Shown here: positions 22,263 to 32,600 of the stretch, piece after piece | Position numbering within the stretch: position 1 is the first letter of the stretch | Layout: each line of letters opens with the position of its first letter | From: Kofleriaceae bacterium | Lineage (GTDB): Bacteria > Myxococcota_A > Polyangia > Haliangiales > Haliangiaceae | NCBI GenBank assembly: GCA_039922635.1 | Contig: JBDTEH010000241.1 | Location: forward strand, 7,672 to 71,671 | DNA length: 64,000 bases | Reading direction: 5' to 3' | Translations under genes and position numbers: made by a program | The notes under the pieces: generated by a model | The model's database searches: none | What the model saw: only the letters and a program-made list of their open reading frames with translations | What the model was told of the DNA's origin: nothing

Positions 22263-23299
22263 GGTAGCCTCCGCAGCAGGGTGCCGCGCAGCACGTTCGC
22301 GAGCACGATCAGGCCGAGCGCGATCGCCACGAACCACGGAAAGAACTGGCGGTACTCGGTGAACCGGGTCTCCTCGAGCTTCGTGCGCTCGAGTCGATCG
22401 ATCTGCTTGTAGATCTGGGCGAGGCCCTTGCCGTCCTCGGCGCGGAAATACTCGCCATGGGTCTTGTCGGCGATCTTGCGGAGCAGCGTATCGTCGAGCT
22501 GGATGTTGACCCGGCGCAACACGCCGCCGATGCAGATCGGCGCGCGGTCCTTGGTCCCGGCGCCGATCGTGTAGACCTTGACGCCGGCCTTGACGGCGTC
22601 GTCGATCGCGGTGTCCTCGTCGATGTCGTGGACGTTCGAGTCACCATCGGTGAGCAAGACGACGACCTTGCTGCGGGTCGGAAAGTCCATCGCGCGCTGC
22701 ACCGCGAGCTCGAGGCCAGCGCCGATCGCGGTGCCGTCTTCGTCCTCGGGCGCGAAGTCGAGCTGGCGCGCGGCGGTGATCAGATTGGCGTGGTCGAGGG
22801 TCAGCGGGCTGCGCGTATCGGCGTAGCGCGCGAACGCGACCAGCCCGATCGCGTCGTCGGGCCGGCCCTCGAGCCCGGCGCCACCCGTGACGAAGTGCTC
22901 GAACACCCGCTTGACCGCGCCGAGCCGGGTCGGATCGGTCGCCGCGTCGTAGTCGCAGGTCGCCGGGTGCTTGGCGTCCGCGAGATCCTGGGCGCGCATC
23001 GAGCCCGAGATGTCGACCGCCATCACGATGCCGATGCCCTCGTCGTGGACGCGCGAGGCCTGATCGCCCTTGCGCGGCCCGGCGAGCGCGATCGCGAACG
23101 CGACGACCGCGAGCGCGACCAGCGCATCGGGCAGCCACGCGAGCTCGGTGCGCCAGGTCGTGCCGCTGGCGGGCAGCGCGCGCAGCGACGAGAACACGAC
23201 GCGCCCCGCGCTGCGCGTCGACCACCAGAACGCGGGCAGCGCGAGCAGCGCGACCAGCAGCAGCCACGGATGCGGGATCTCGGCGCCGAACCACACCAT
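22259..23299 (-). CDS. batA: VWA-domain membrane protein, BatA-like
   Basis: ATG 23299 (MVWFGAEIPHPWLLLVALLALPAFWW). MIDAS motif IVMAVDISGSMRAQD and VVVLLTDGDSN. C-terminal TM helix FFPWFVAIALGLIVLANVL. The upstream part of the listed 685-aa ORF is an out-of-context Arg-rich artefact. Confidence 0.88.
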   Translation of the reverse strand: MVWFGAEIPHPWLLLVALLALPAFWWSTRSAGRVVFSSLRALPASGTTWRTELAWLPDALVALAVVAFAIALAGPRKGDQASRVHDEGIGIVMAVDISGSMRAQDLADAKHPATCDYDAATDPTRLGAVKRVFEHFVTGGAGLEGRPDDAIGLVAFARYADTRSPLTLDHANLITAARQLDFAPEDEDGTAIGAGLELAVQRAMDFPTRSKVVVLLTDGDSNVHDIDEDTAIDDAVKAGVKVYTIGAGTKDRAPICIGGVLRRVNIQLDDTLLRKIADKTHGEYFRAEDGKGLAQIYKQIDRLERTKLEETRFTEYRQFFPWFVAIALGLIVLANVLRGTLLRRLP

Positions 23300-23304
23300 C
23301 GCGA

Positions 23305-24333
23305 TCACGCGGCGGCCTCCTCTCGGATACGGGTATCCTCGACGAACGCGCGCGCGGCCTCGAGCGAGGCCAGCGACTCGTCGCTGTCGGGCCGGTAGCC
23401 GGCGAACTTGACGCGGTCGCAGCGCTCGAGGAACGCCGACAACAGCGCACGGTGGTCGGTGGAGAGCCCTTCGTTGCGGGCGGCGACCTGCAGGAACTCC
23501 TCGGTCGTCAGCTCGGGCGCGCGGATCTCGTAGCGGCGCTCGAGGTAGCTGCGCGCGATCGCCGAGAGCTCGACGAACCACCCGTCCGCGTCGGTCGCCT
23601 CGGGCGCGCCGCGCTCCGCGAGCGAGTGCAGCTTCGCGACCGCTTCCTCGTAGGCCGAGCGCCGCGCCGCGATCTTGGCGCGGGAGCGCGTCGCGCGATA
23701 CAGCAACAGGCCGCCGGCGCCGAGCACCATCACGAGGCTCACCGCGAGCACGATATACATCCACGGCGTGCCGCCGACATCGGGGTCGAGCTTGCCGACC
23801 GCGTCCTTGAGCCGCGCGCCGATCGCCTCGGTCTTGACCGGCGCGATGTCGAGCGGGACCTCCTCGGTCAGGATCTCCTGGGTCTTGCCGGCGGCGCTGC
23901 CCGCGTGCTCGGGGCGCGCGTCGACCATCTCGAGGCGCAGCGGCGGGATCCGCTGCTTGCCGCTCGCCGGCGCGTCGAGCGTGTAGAGCTGCTCGAGGTG
24001 CTGGCTGCCATCGGCGTTGCGCTTGGCATCGCGGGAGAACGCGGCGACGTGGAAGCGACCGAGCCGGGCATCGCCCGCCTCCTGGAACGGCGCGTTCACG
24101 GTCGCGCCCGCGGCGGCCTCGATGTCGAGCTGCAGGTAGATCGGATCGCCGAGGTTCGGCTTGGCCGGCCACACGCGCTCGGTGACCTTGACGGGACCGC
24201 TCTCGACGGGCTTCGTGATCGCGTCCTTCGGGGGCACGATCGGGCCCGCGGCCTCGTCGGCCGCGTGGTGGCCGCACGACGCCGCCACGACCATGACCGC
24301 GGCCACGAGCCAGCACTTCACCAGCGTGATCAC
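23305..24333 (-). CDS. Lipoprotein with BatD-like N-domain, central TM and DUF4381-like C-domain
   Basis: GTG 24333 overlaps the DUF58 gene stop (GTGA). Signal and lipobox LVAAVMVVAASC. TM helix PWMYIVLAVSLVMVLGAGGLLLY. The segment RSAYEEAVAKL...GWFVELSAIARSYLERRY...TTEEFL follows, in the position DUF4381 occupies in MoxR/Bat operons. Confidence 0.65.
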   Translation of the reverse strand: MITLVKCWLVAAVMVVAASCGHHAADEAAGPIVPPKDAITKPVESGPVKVTERVWPAKPNLGDPIYLQLDIEAAAGATVNAPFQEAGDARLGRFHVAAFSRDAKRNADGSQHLEQLYTLDAPASGKQRIPPLRLEMVDARPEHAGSAAGKTQEILTEEVPLDIAPVKTEAIGARLKDAVGKLDPDVGGTPWMYIVLAVSLVMVLGAGGLLLYRATRSRAKIAARRSAYEEAVAKLHSLAERGAPEATDADGWFVELSAIARSYLERRYEIRAPELTTEEFLQVAARNEGLSTDHRALLSAFLERCDRVKFAGYRPDSDESLASLEAARAFVEDTRIREEAAA

Positions 24334-25322
24334 CGGCGCAGCCTCCGCTCGCGCTCGCGAAAGTACTTCAACAGCGGATCGACCATCGACCCCGATGCGT
24401 CGAGCACGACGAGATCCATCCCGGTCGCGCGCAGCTGGTTCTCGAGCTCGTTCTGGCGCTTGGCCGCGCGCGCCCCGAGCTCCTCGCGAAACGTGGCCGA
24501 GCGGGTATCGACGAGCCGCGTGCGTCCGGACTCGGCGTCCTCGAGCGTCACGAGGCCGGCAGGCGGCATCTCGGCTTCGCGCGGATCGGTGATCAGCGCG
24601 GCGACGATGTCGTGCTTGCGGTTCGCGTGGCGCAGGACCTGGAGGTAGCCCTCGTCGAGAAAGTCCGAGATCAGGAACATCACCGCGCGGCGCGGCAGGA
24701 CCTGGCGACAGAACTCGAGCGCGGCCGCGATGCTGGTCTGTTTACGATCGGGGCGCTCCGCGGCTTCACCGCGCACGTCCTGGAACCGCTTCCACCACCG
24801 CCGCATGAACCGCGGCATCTCGAACAGCCCGGCGCGCGGCGCGGGCCCGTCGAGCGAGCCGGTGCCGCGCGCGAGCACCTCGCGGACGATGCGCAGCGCG
24901 TGCTTGCCGCCCTTGCGCGGCGGGATATAGAGGTCCGCGCCGCGGTGAAACGCGAGCAGGCCGACCTTGTCCCCGTTCTCCACGGCGCTCAGCGCGAGCA
25001 GCGCGCTGAGCTCGACCGCGGCCTCGAGCTTGGAGCGCCGGCCCGAGCCGAACTCCTGCGACGCCGAGACGTCGACGAGCAACATCACGGTGAGCTCGCG
25101 CTCCTCGACGAACCGCTTGATGTGCGGCTCGCCGGTCCGCGCGGTGACGTTCCAATCGATCGCGCGGATGTCATCGCCGGGCACGTACGGGCGGACCTCG
25201 TCGAACTCCATGCCACGTCCCTTGAACACTGACAGATACGCGCCGGCCATCACGTCGGCGACTTGCCGACCGGTGACGAACTGGATGCGCTTGACGGCCT
25301 GCGCGATCTCGGCTGGCAACAT
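24330..25322 (-). CDS. DUF58-domain protein (MoxR-associated, VWA-like)
   Basis: RIQFVTGRQVADVMAGAYLSVFKGRGMEFDEVRPYVPGDDIRAIDWNVTAR is the canonical DUF58 opening. It lies 14 nt downstream of moxR. Confidence 0.9.
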   Translation of the reverse strand: MLPAEIAQAVKRIQFVTGRQVADVMAGAYLSVFKGRGMEFDEVRPYVPGDDIRAIDWNVTARTGEPHIKRFVEERELTVMLLVDVSASQEFGSGRRSKLEAAVELSALLALSAVENGDKVGLLAFHRGADLYIPPRKGGKHALRIVREVLARGTGSLDGPAPRAGLFEMPRFMRRWWKRFQDVRGEAAERPDRKQTSIAAALEFCRQVLPRRAVMFLISDFLDEGYLQVLRHANRKHDIVAALITDPREAEMPPAGLVTLEDAESGRTRLVDTRSATFREELGARAAKRQNELENQLRATGMDLVVLDASGSMVDPLLKYFRERERRLRR

Positions 25323-25336
25323 GACGGTTCGGGCGA

Positions 25337-26317
<981 letters not shown>

Positions 26318-26389
26318 GAGGTTGCGGGGGGGAGAAAAGCGCCCTATGCGCGGTCTGTCAACCCGGCGTGCTCGCGATGCATTCCGCGC

Positions 26390-26419
26390 TTGACGGATCG
26401 CGTCGCGATTTTCTAGAGT
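26390..26419 (+). promoter_or_regulatory. Candidate sigma70-type promoter (TTGACG - 18 nt - TAGAGT)
   Basis: ttgacg at 26390-26395 and tagagt at 26414-26419, in an otherwise GC-rich 384-bp intergenic region about 285 nt upstream of the MATE start codon. This is a sequence match only. Confidence 0.35.
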
Positions 26420-26588
26420 GGGCTACCAAGGTGAATCCGTGAGTCTTACCAACCCGGTCCAGTCCGCCCCGATCTCGATGCAGCGCAGCTGTGTCGATCG
26501 CGGCGCTGCCCGCGGCGGTGAGACCTGAATCGTCTGAACCCACTGAACCCACAGACGACACGCTGATCAGGACTTCCCCTCCCGCCGC

Positions 26589-26627
26589 GGGCTCCACGGT
26601 TTGTTACCTGGAGCCCTTTTCGTTTTC
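26589..26627 (+). terminator. Intrinsic-terminator-like hairpin plus T-tract inside the MATE 5' leader
   Basis: GGGCTCCA (26589-26596) pairs with TGGAGCCC (26609-26616) across a 12-nt loop, followed directly by ttttcgttttc. Such a T-run is rare in this window. It sits 75 nt before the MATE ATG. Confidence 0.55.
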
Positions 26628-26701
26628 GGCAAACGACAAGGCCTCCGCCGATCACCTCGCGCTGCCTGCAGCGCTGACGCGCCGGATCCGTCCGGCTCGT
26701 C

Positions 26702-28075
26702 GTGGAGCTCGTCATGCTGTTATCCGGTCCCAGTACCTCTCTCTCGTGGGTCGAACGCCCTGGCCGAGCGCTGCTCCGCCTCGCGTGGCCGATCACGATC
26801 TCGATGGTCTCGTTCTCGACGATGACCCTCGCGTCCACCGCGTTCGTCGCGCACCTCGGTGCCGACCAGCTCGCCGGCGTCGGGCTCGCGGGCATCATCG
26901 GCTTCGCGCTCGCGTGCTTCGCGATCGGCCTGTTGCGTGGCGCCAAGACCCTGGTCTCGCAGGCGATCGGCGCGAACCGTCACGATCGGATCCCATCGCT
27001 GCTCGGCGCCGCCGTCGCGCTCGCGCTCGGGTTCGGCGCGCTCGCGCTCGTCGCGGGTCAGCTGGTCGCGCCGCTGCTCGTGGACCTGACCGGCTCGCCG
27101 TGCGCGGGCGTGTTCGCCGCGCAGTACCTCGCGATCCGTTCGCTCGGCACGCCGCTCGCGATCCTGTACGCGGCGCTGCGCGAGGCGCGTTACGGCGAGG
27201 GCGACACGAAGTCACCGATGCGCGCGTCGCTCGCCGGCAACGCGGTCAACATCGGGCTCGACGCGACGCTGATCCTCGGCCTCGGCTGGGGCGTGCGCGG
27301 CGCGGCGATCGCGGCGATCTGCGGCAATGCGACCGAGCTCACGCTGCTCGCGCTACCGATGCGGGCGCAGCTCCGCGCGATCAAGCTCACCCGCGTCGCG
27401 CTCCGCGAGACCTGGGAGCAGGGCCTGCCGAACGGCCTCCAGTTCGTGATGGAGGTCGGCGCGTTCTTGATCCTGTCGCTGCTCGTCGCGCGGATGCCGG
27501 CCGTGGATGCGGCCGCGCACCAGATGGTGTTGCAGCTGATCAACGTGTCGTTCCTGCCCGCGCACGCGCTCGCCGAAGCGGCGGCGGTGCTCGTCGGTCA
27601 AGCGGTCGGGGCCGGGCAGAGCCAGCTCGTGCCGCGGGTCGCCCGGCGCGCGCTCGCGCTCGGCGCGAGCTACAGCGGGCTGTGCTGCGCGCTCTACGCC
27701 GTCCTCGGCGGCGTGTTCGCGCACGCCCTCGCGGGCGGCGATGTCGCGCTCGGCGCGCGCGCGACGACGCTCGTCCATGTCAGCCTGATCTTCCTGGTCG
27801 CGGACGCCGCGAACGTGATCGCCCGCGGCGTGCTGCGCGGCGCGAGCGACGTGCGCTACGCCGCGATCGTCGGGATCATCACGTCGTGGTTGACCACGCC
27901 TCCGCTCGCGTACCTGTTCGGCGTGGTCCTGGGCTATGGCGTGGTCGGTGGCTGGATCGGCCTGGCCTTCGAGATCATCGTCGGAGCGATCCTGTTCTGG
28001 CACCGGGTCTGGCGAGGAGGCTGGCAGCCCGCGGCGGCGGCGGCGCGGCGGTCGATGGCAGGGACGGCCGTGTAG
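26702..28075 (+). CDS. MATE-family efflux transporter
   Basis: LLRLAWPITISMVSFSTMTLASTAFVAHLGADQLAGVGLAG is a typical MATE N-terminus. About 12 hydrophobic helices run throughout. The start could also be ATG 26714. Confidence 0.9.
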   Translation: MELVMLLSGPSTSLSWVERPGRALLRLAWPITISMVSFSTMTLASTAFVAHLGADQLAGVGLAGIIGFALACFAIGLLRGAKTLVSQAIGANRHDRIPSLLGAAVALALGFGALALVAGQLVAPLLVDLTGSPCAGVFAAQYLAIRSLGTPLAILYAALREARYGEGDTKSPMRASLAGNAVNIGLDATLILGLGWGVRGAAIAAICGNATELTLLALPMRAQLRAIKLTRVALRETWEQGLPNGLQFVMEVGAFLILSLLVARMPAVDAAAHQMVLQLINVSFLPAHALAEAAAVLVGQAVGAGQSQLVPRVARRALALGASYSGLCCALYAVLGGVFAHALAGGDVALGARATTLVHVSLIFLVADAANVIARGVLRGASDVRYAAIVGIITSWLTTPPLAYLFGVVLGYGVVGGWIGLAFEIIVGAILFWHRVWRGGWQPAAAAARRSMAGTAV

Positions 28076-28144
28076 CGGACGTGAGCCAGGCCACGTTCGG
28101 TGATGTTCGTTGCTGTCATCGCTCCTCGGAGCGATAGTCGAATC

Positions 28145-28849
28145 GTGACGAGAATCGGCATCCTTGGCCTCGCGCTCGCCGGCTGTGCCATGGCCGGGAA
28201 CGCCGATCAAAAGATCGTCACCGGTGACTCCGGCACGGGGACCTACGAGGACGCGCCGGCAGCCCCGCCGGATACGAACAACGGCAGCGGTTCGGGCAGT
28301 GGCAGTGGCAGCGGCAGTGGCAGTGGATCGGGCAGCGCCGCGTGTACGCCGCAACAGATCGAGCTGCTCCAGAACCCGGCGTTCGATCTCACCCCCGAGG
28401 GTGTCAACTGGACCCAGATGCCATCGACCGCGGGCGATCTGCTCGTCACGACACAGGACGGGATCCCGGAACAATCGCCCACGGAAAAGGCATGGCTGGG
28501 CGGGATCGTGAGCTCGACCGACAAGCTGTATCAAGACGTCACCGTGCCGGCCGGCACGACCGCGCTCGTGCTGACCGGCTACTACGAGGTCCGCACCGCC
28601 GAGACCGGTTCGACCATCTACGACCGCGGCAGCGTCACCCTGACCACCACCGGTGGGACGCTCGTCGAGTCGGTGCTGGCGCTCGACAACGCCCATCCGA
28701 CCACGGCCTGGACCGCGATCAACCACAACTTCACGACGTTGTCGGCCGGCCAGACCGTGCGGTTGTTCTTCACCACCACGAACGACGTCTCGAACGAGAC
28801 CTCGTTCTACTTCGATACCTTGTCGCTCAAGGCGACGGCCTGCCCGTAG
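28145..28849 (+). CDS. Secreted lipoprotein with (GS)9 linker and CBM4/9-like jelly-roll domain (paralog 1)
   Basis: GTG 28145 gives the signal and lipobox VTRIGILGLALAGC. The ORF is open from 28100, but a hairpin lies at 28118-28135. The linker is NGSGSGSGSGSGSGSGSGS. The domain opens ELLQNPAFDLTPEGVNW, as CBM4/9-type modules do, and is bracketed by Cys residues (AACTPQ ... KATACP). Confidence 0.7.
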   Translation: MTRIGILGLALAGCAMAGNADQKIVTGDSGTGTYEDAPAAPPDTNNGSGSGSGSGSGSGSGSGSAACTPQQIELLQNPAFDLTPEGVNWTQMPSTAGDLLVTTQDGIPEQSPTEKAWLGGIVSSTDKLYQDVTVPAGTTALVLTGYYEVRTAETGSTIYDRGSVTLTTTGGTLVESVLALDNAHPTTAWTAINHNFTTLSAGQTVRLFFTTTNDVSNETSFYFDTLSLKATACP

Positions 28850-28899
28850 GGCACGAGAATCTCGTTGAAACCTCGGGGCTGACCGACGATATTGCCCCC

Positions 28900-29676
28900 G
28901 TGCGCTACGTGTTGTTCGCGATCGCTCTGGTCGGCTGCGCCAAGGGTGGCGTCGGCCAGCTCGCACCCGGCGACGGCAACGAGGTCGTCATCGACGGCAA
29001 GGCCTACTTCGACGCGCCCGACGAGATCCGCGACGCGCACGAGTTCGACGACGCGCACGTGTTCGACGACGCGCATGTGTTCAACGATGCACACGTTTAC
29101 AACGATGCGCACGTGTACATGGACGCGCACGTGTACATGGACGCGCACGTCTACATGGACGCGTGCGTGCCGGTGCAGACGCAGCTGCTCGCGAATCCGG
29201 CGTTCGATCTAGATCCGCCTGGTGTCAACTGGACCGAGACCCAACACAACAGCGTGCAGCTCGTCACGAACGGCTCGCCGCAGTCCGCGCCGTACAGCTT
29301 GTACCTCGGGGACTACACCGGGTTCGGTACCGTCACCGACGCTGCGTACCAGGACATCACCGTGCCCGCAGGCACGACCGCGCTGACGCTAACCGGCTAC
29401 TACGGGGTGGCGACCGACGAGAGCCCGAATACCGGGCCCTACGATCGGGCGACCGTCGTGCTGACCAAGACCGATGGCACGCCGATCGAGACCGTGTTGT
29501 CGCTCGACAACAACACCAACACGAACAACGCGTTCACTACGTTGAGCCATACGTTCAACGCGGCCGCGGTCGCGAGCATGACCGTGCGCCTGAAGTTCAC
29601 GAGCACGAGCGACAACACGCTCGGCACCGCGTTCGTGTTCGACACGCTCTCGCTCACCGCGACGCACTGCCCGTAA
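28900..29676 (+). CDS. Secreted lipoprotein with DAHVFD-repeat linker and CBM4/9-like jelly-roll domain (paralog 2)
   Basis: GTG 28900 gives VRYVLFAIALVGC (lipobox). Seven 6-aa His/Asp repeats follow. The domain QLLANPAFDLDPPGVNW ... FVFDTLSLTATHCP is collinear with the preceding gene. Confidence 0.7.
   Translation: MRYVLFAIALVGCAKGGVGQLAPGDGNEVVIDGKAYFDAPDEIRDAHEFDDAHVFDDAHVFNDAHVYNDAHVYMDAHVYMDAHVYMDACVPVQTQLLANPAFDLDPPGVNWTETQHNSVQLVTNGSPQSAPYSLYLGDYTGFGTVTDAAYQDITVPAGTTALTLTGYYGVATDESPNTGPYDRATVVLTKTDGTPIETVLSLDNNTNTNNAFTTLSHTFNAAAVASMTVRLKFTSTSDNTLGTAFVFDTLSLTATHCP
29032..29166 (+). repeat. 18-bp in-frame tandem repeat x7.5 encoding DAH(E/V)(F/Y)(D/N/M)
   Basis: gacgcgcacgtgttcgac-type units fall at 29032, 29050, 29068, 29086, 29104, 29122 and 29140, with a partial unit at 29158. 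Translation: DAHEFD DAHVFD DAHVFN DAHVYN DAHVYM DAHVYM DAHVYM DAC. Confidence 0.95.
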
Positions 29677-29678
29677 CG

Positions 29679-32600
29679 TCAGGGCACGACCGGCCACGCG
29701 AGCGAGGTCAGGTCGTGCGCGATCGCCTTGAAGCCCGCGCGCAGGCGGGCCGCGCTCGGGCGGCGCGCGGGCTCGCGCGCGAGCGTGGCGCGCAGCAGCT
29801 CGGCCAGCGGCGCGAGCCTGCGATCGCGCGCGAGCTTCGCGAGCCGGTCGGCGCCGGGTTGCTTCGTGAAGTGCTGGTCGAGCACCTCCTTGACCGTGTC
29901 GCCGCCGAACAGCACCGAGCCGGTCAGCACCTCGTACGCGACGCAGCCGCTCGCGTAGACATCGGCGTGGGAGGGATCGAACCGCTCGCCGCCCTCGCTC
30001 CACACCTCGGCCGCGCCGTAGTGGACCGAGCCGCAGCCGGCGCGGATCCGGCGGCCGGCGAGCCCGAAGTCGACGAGCACCGCGTTGCGCGTCGATTCGC
30101 GGAGCACGACGTTCGGCGGCTTGATGTCGAGGTGGGCGATCTGGACCGCGTGCATCGCCTCGAGCCCCGCGAGCAGGTCGTCGATGATCGCGAACGCGCG
30201 CGGCAGCGTGAGGTCGCCGGCCTCGAGCGTGCGCTCGAGGTTCGCGCCGCGCACGAACTCCATCACGAGCACGGGCTTGGGCTGGGCGCTGGCATCGAAC
30301 GTGACGAACCGGGCGAGGTTCGCGTGCGCGGGCAGGGCGAGCAGGGCGCCGGCCTCCTCGCGGAACAGTCGCTCGAACTCCTGCTCCGACAGGTTGCGCG
30401 CGGCCTCGGCGGAGTAGTCGGGGACCTTGAGCGCGACGAGCTCGCGATCGCTGCGGCCGCGTTGCTCCGCCCGCACCGCGAGCAGCACCGAGCCCCCGGC
30501 GCCGCGGCCGATCGGCCGCACCACGTAGAACCCGCCGAGCAGGCGCGACAGCGGCACCCAGCTCGGCAACAGGACCTCGAGCGGGATCGTCGTCGTGGTC
30601 TCGGATTCGACGTGCGGGCGCTGCGCGAGCCACACCAGCACCCGCTCGAGCACGCCCGCGATCGCGGGTGGTAGCGCCGCGCGCGCGTGCTCGATCGCGG
30701 TCGCGACCGCCTCGTCGAGACGGGGGCCGTCCTTGGCGTGGCCGGCGAGGCCGAGCTCGATCGTCCGGACGGCGAGCTCGACCGCATCGCCATGGTCGTC
30801 GCCGGCCAGGCCGAGCCGCTGGCGCGCGCCGAACACGCGGCGCGACAGCGTGCCGAGCTCGGTCGCGATCGCGTCGAGCGTGCCGCCGGGGATCGCCGTG
30901 AGGTTCGAGACCGCGACGAGCCGCCCGAGCTGACTGCCGAGCCGCGCGAGCGCGAGCCGCACCGATTCGACGCGCGGCGATTGTTCGGGCGGCAGCGCAT
31001 CGGCGAGCTCGGCGAGGCGCTCGATCGCGGTGCGGATCGCATCGGTGTCGTCGGGATCGGCCGCGGCCCAGGTCGCCTCTTGCAGGCGGGCGTACGCGGC
31101 GAACGCCGCCTCGATCTCGGGGACCATCGAGGCCTCGCGCACGATCGCGAAGTCCTCGTCGGGGAACACGGTCGTCCACGACAGCAGGAAATCGGTGAGC
31201 TCGGCGTGACCGTCGCGGACCAGCGCATCGCCGGCGCGGGTCAGCGCGGCCCACACCGCACGGCGGAGCGAGGATTGATCGGCCTCGGCGCGCGCCATCA
31301 ACTGGCGGACCACCGCGAGCCGCGGACCGAGGTCGTTGTCGCCGGCGGCACGTACGCCGTCGAGTAGGCGGACCAGCGCGCGCAACCGCGCGATGCGCAG
31401 CCCGCCGTGCTCGACCCCGCCGCTCTCGGGCTTGGCCTCGCGCGCGAGCAGCGCGGCCTCGATCGCGGCGAGCGCGGCCGAGAACTGCGCGCGGACCGGG
31501 TCGTGCTCGCCGGCCAGCGCGAGCACCGCGGGCAGCGCGTTATCGGCGAGCAGCTCGCGGTCGAGCTCGCGCAACAGGCGCATCGAGTGCCGGCGATCGA
31601 GCGGGTCGTCATCGGTCGCTTGCGCGAGCCAATCGGCGGCCTCGGTGATCTCCGCGACCGCCATGCGGGCCTCGCGCAGCGCGGTGATCGTATCGCCGGC
31701 GTCGAGCGCGGCGCGCGCGGCGGCGATCGGGATGCCGATGCCATCGACCTCGGTCGGGCTGCCGCCGAGCTCGCGCTCGAGCGCCTGCAACAGCGCGGCG
31801 CGGCTGTCGTCGCCGGCGGCGGTCGCGGCCTGCGCGCGGGTCCACGCGAGCGCGGCCGCGGTCGCGCCGTGCAACAGCTCGACCCCTTCTTCGCGGCGGA
31901 GCTCCGCGATCGCCTCGGCGGCCTCGAGTGGCTGGCGCTGGACCAGCGCGGTCGCCAGCTCGTCGGCGCTCTCCGGCGCGGTCACCGCGAGCCCGGCGAG
32001 CCCGAGGATCGTGCCGCGCGCGACGCCCGGCTCCTTCGCCGCGCGCTCGACCAGGATCGGCGCCCAGCGCTGCGCTTGCCCGCCGCGCTCGAGCGCCGCG
32101 CCCGCGGATGCCGAGGCGCGGCGAACCTCGGTGTTGGTCGCCGTGTTGCGCAGCTCGCGATCGATGTCGTCGGCGAGCTCGCTATCGACGTGCGCGAGCA
32201 TGCCGCGCGCGATGCTCGCGAACCGCCACACCAGCGCCTCGCGATCGCGGAGCAGGCGGCGCAGCGCGGCGCGCACGCCGGGACGTCCGAGCACCTGCAC
32301 GCCGCCGCGATCGCCTCCGTCGAGGCGGCGCAGCGCCTCGCGCGCCCCGTGCGCCAGGATGCGCCCCGCCAGCCGCCGCGACGGCAGGCTGCCGGTCGCC
32401 GGGACCTCGACCCAGCTGTGGGCGAGCGACGGCTGCGCGAGCAGACCGAGCGCGAGCTCGCCGATCGATCCGGAGGCGGGGTGCGGGTCGCGGCCTCGCC
32501 GCACCGGGCCGGGCGCGGTGAGCGGCGCCGACAGCACCACCTCGAGCCGGGCGCGCAGGCCTTCGCTCGCGACCACCTTCGGCGAGCTGCGCGCGAGCGC

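Noticed and set aside
26414-26480. Possible guanidine-I (ykkC) or guanidine-III riboswitch upstream of the MATE gene
   Set aside because: Fragments such as ctagagtggg and acccggtccagtc loosely recall CUAGGGUUCCG and ACCCGGUCAGGAC. The remaining conserved blocks (GGUCCGAGAG, ACGR loops, the A-rich GCCCGGGAG end) are not present. I kept it only as an unclassified structured leader.
26491-28137. 548-aa plus-strand ORF overlapping the MATE gene in another frame
   Set aside because: The translation is about 30% Arg with no hydrophobic helices. The MATE frame gives 12 TM helices and the family N-terminal motif.
28283-28336. Short regular repeats (ggcagt/ggcagc x9) considered as a possible CRISPR-like or microsatellite element
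   Set aside because: They are in frame, encode a (GS)9 linker inside a lipoprotein gene, have no spacers and no cas genes nearby. Similar GS runs occur at 1531-1608. This is coding low complexity, not an array.
29163-31254. ORFs 29163-30674 (+) and 29389-31254 (-) across the CBM-like/kinase junction
   Set aside because: They cross a clear gene boundary (stop at 29676 and convergent stop at 29679) and are Arg-rich. The kinase frame carries all the Hanks motifs.
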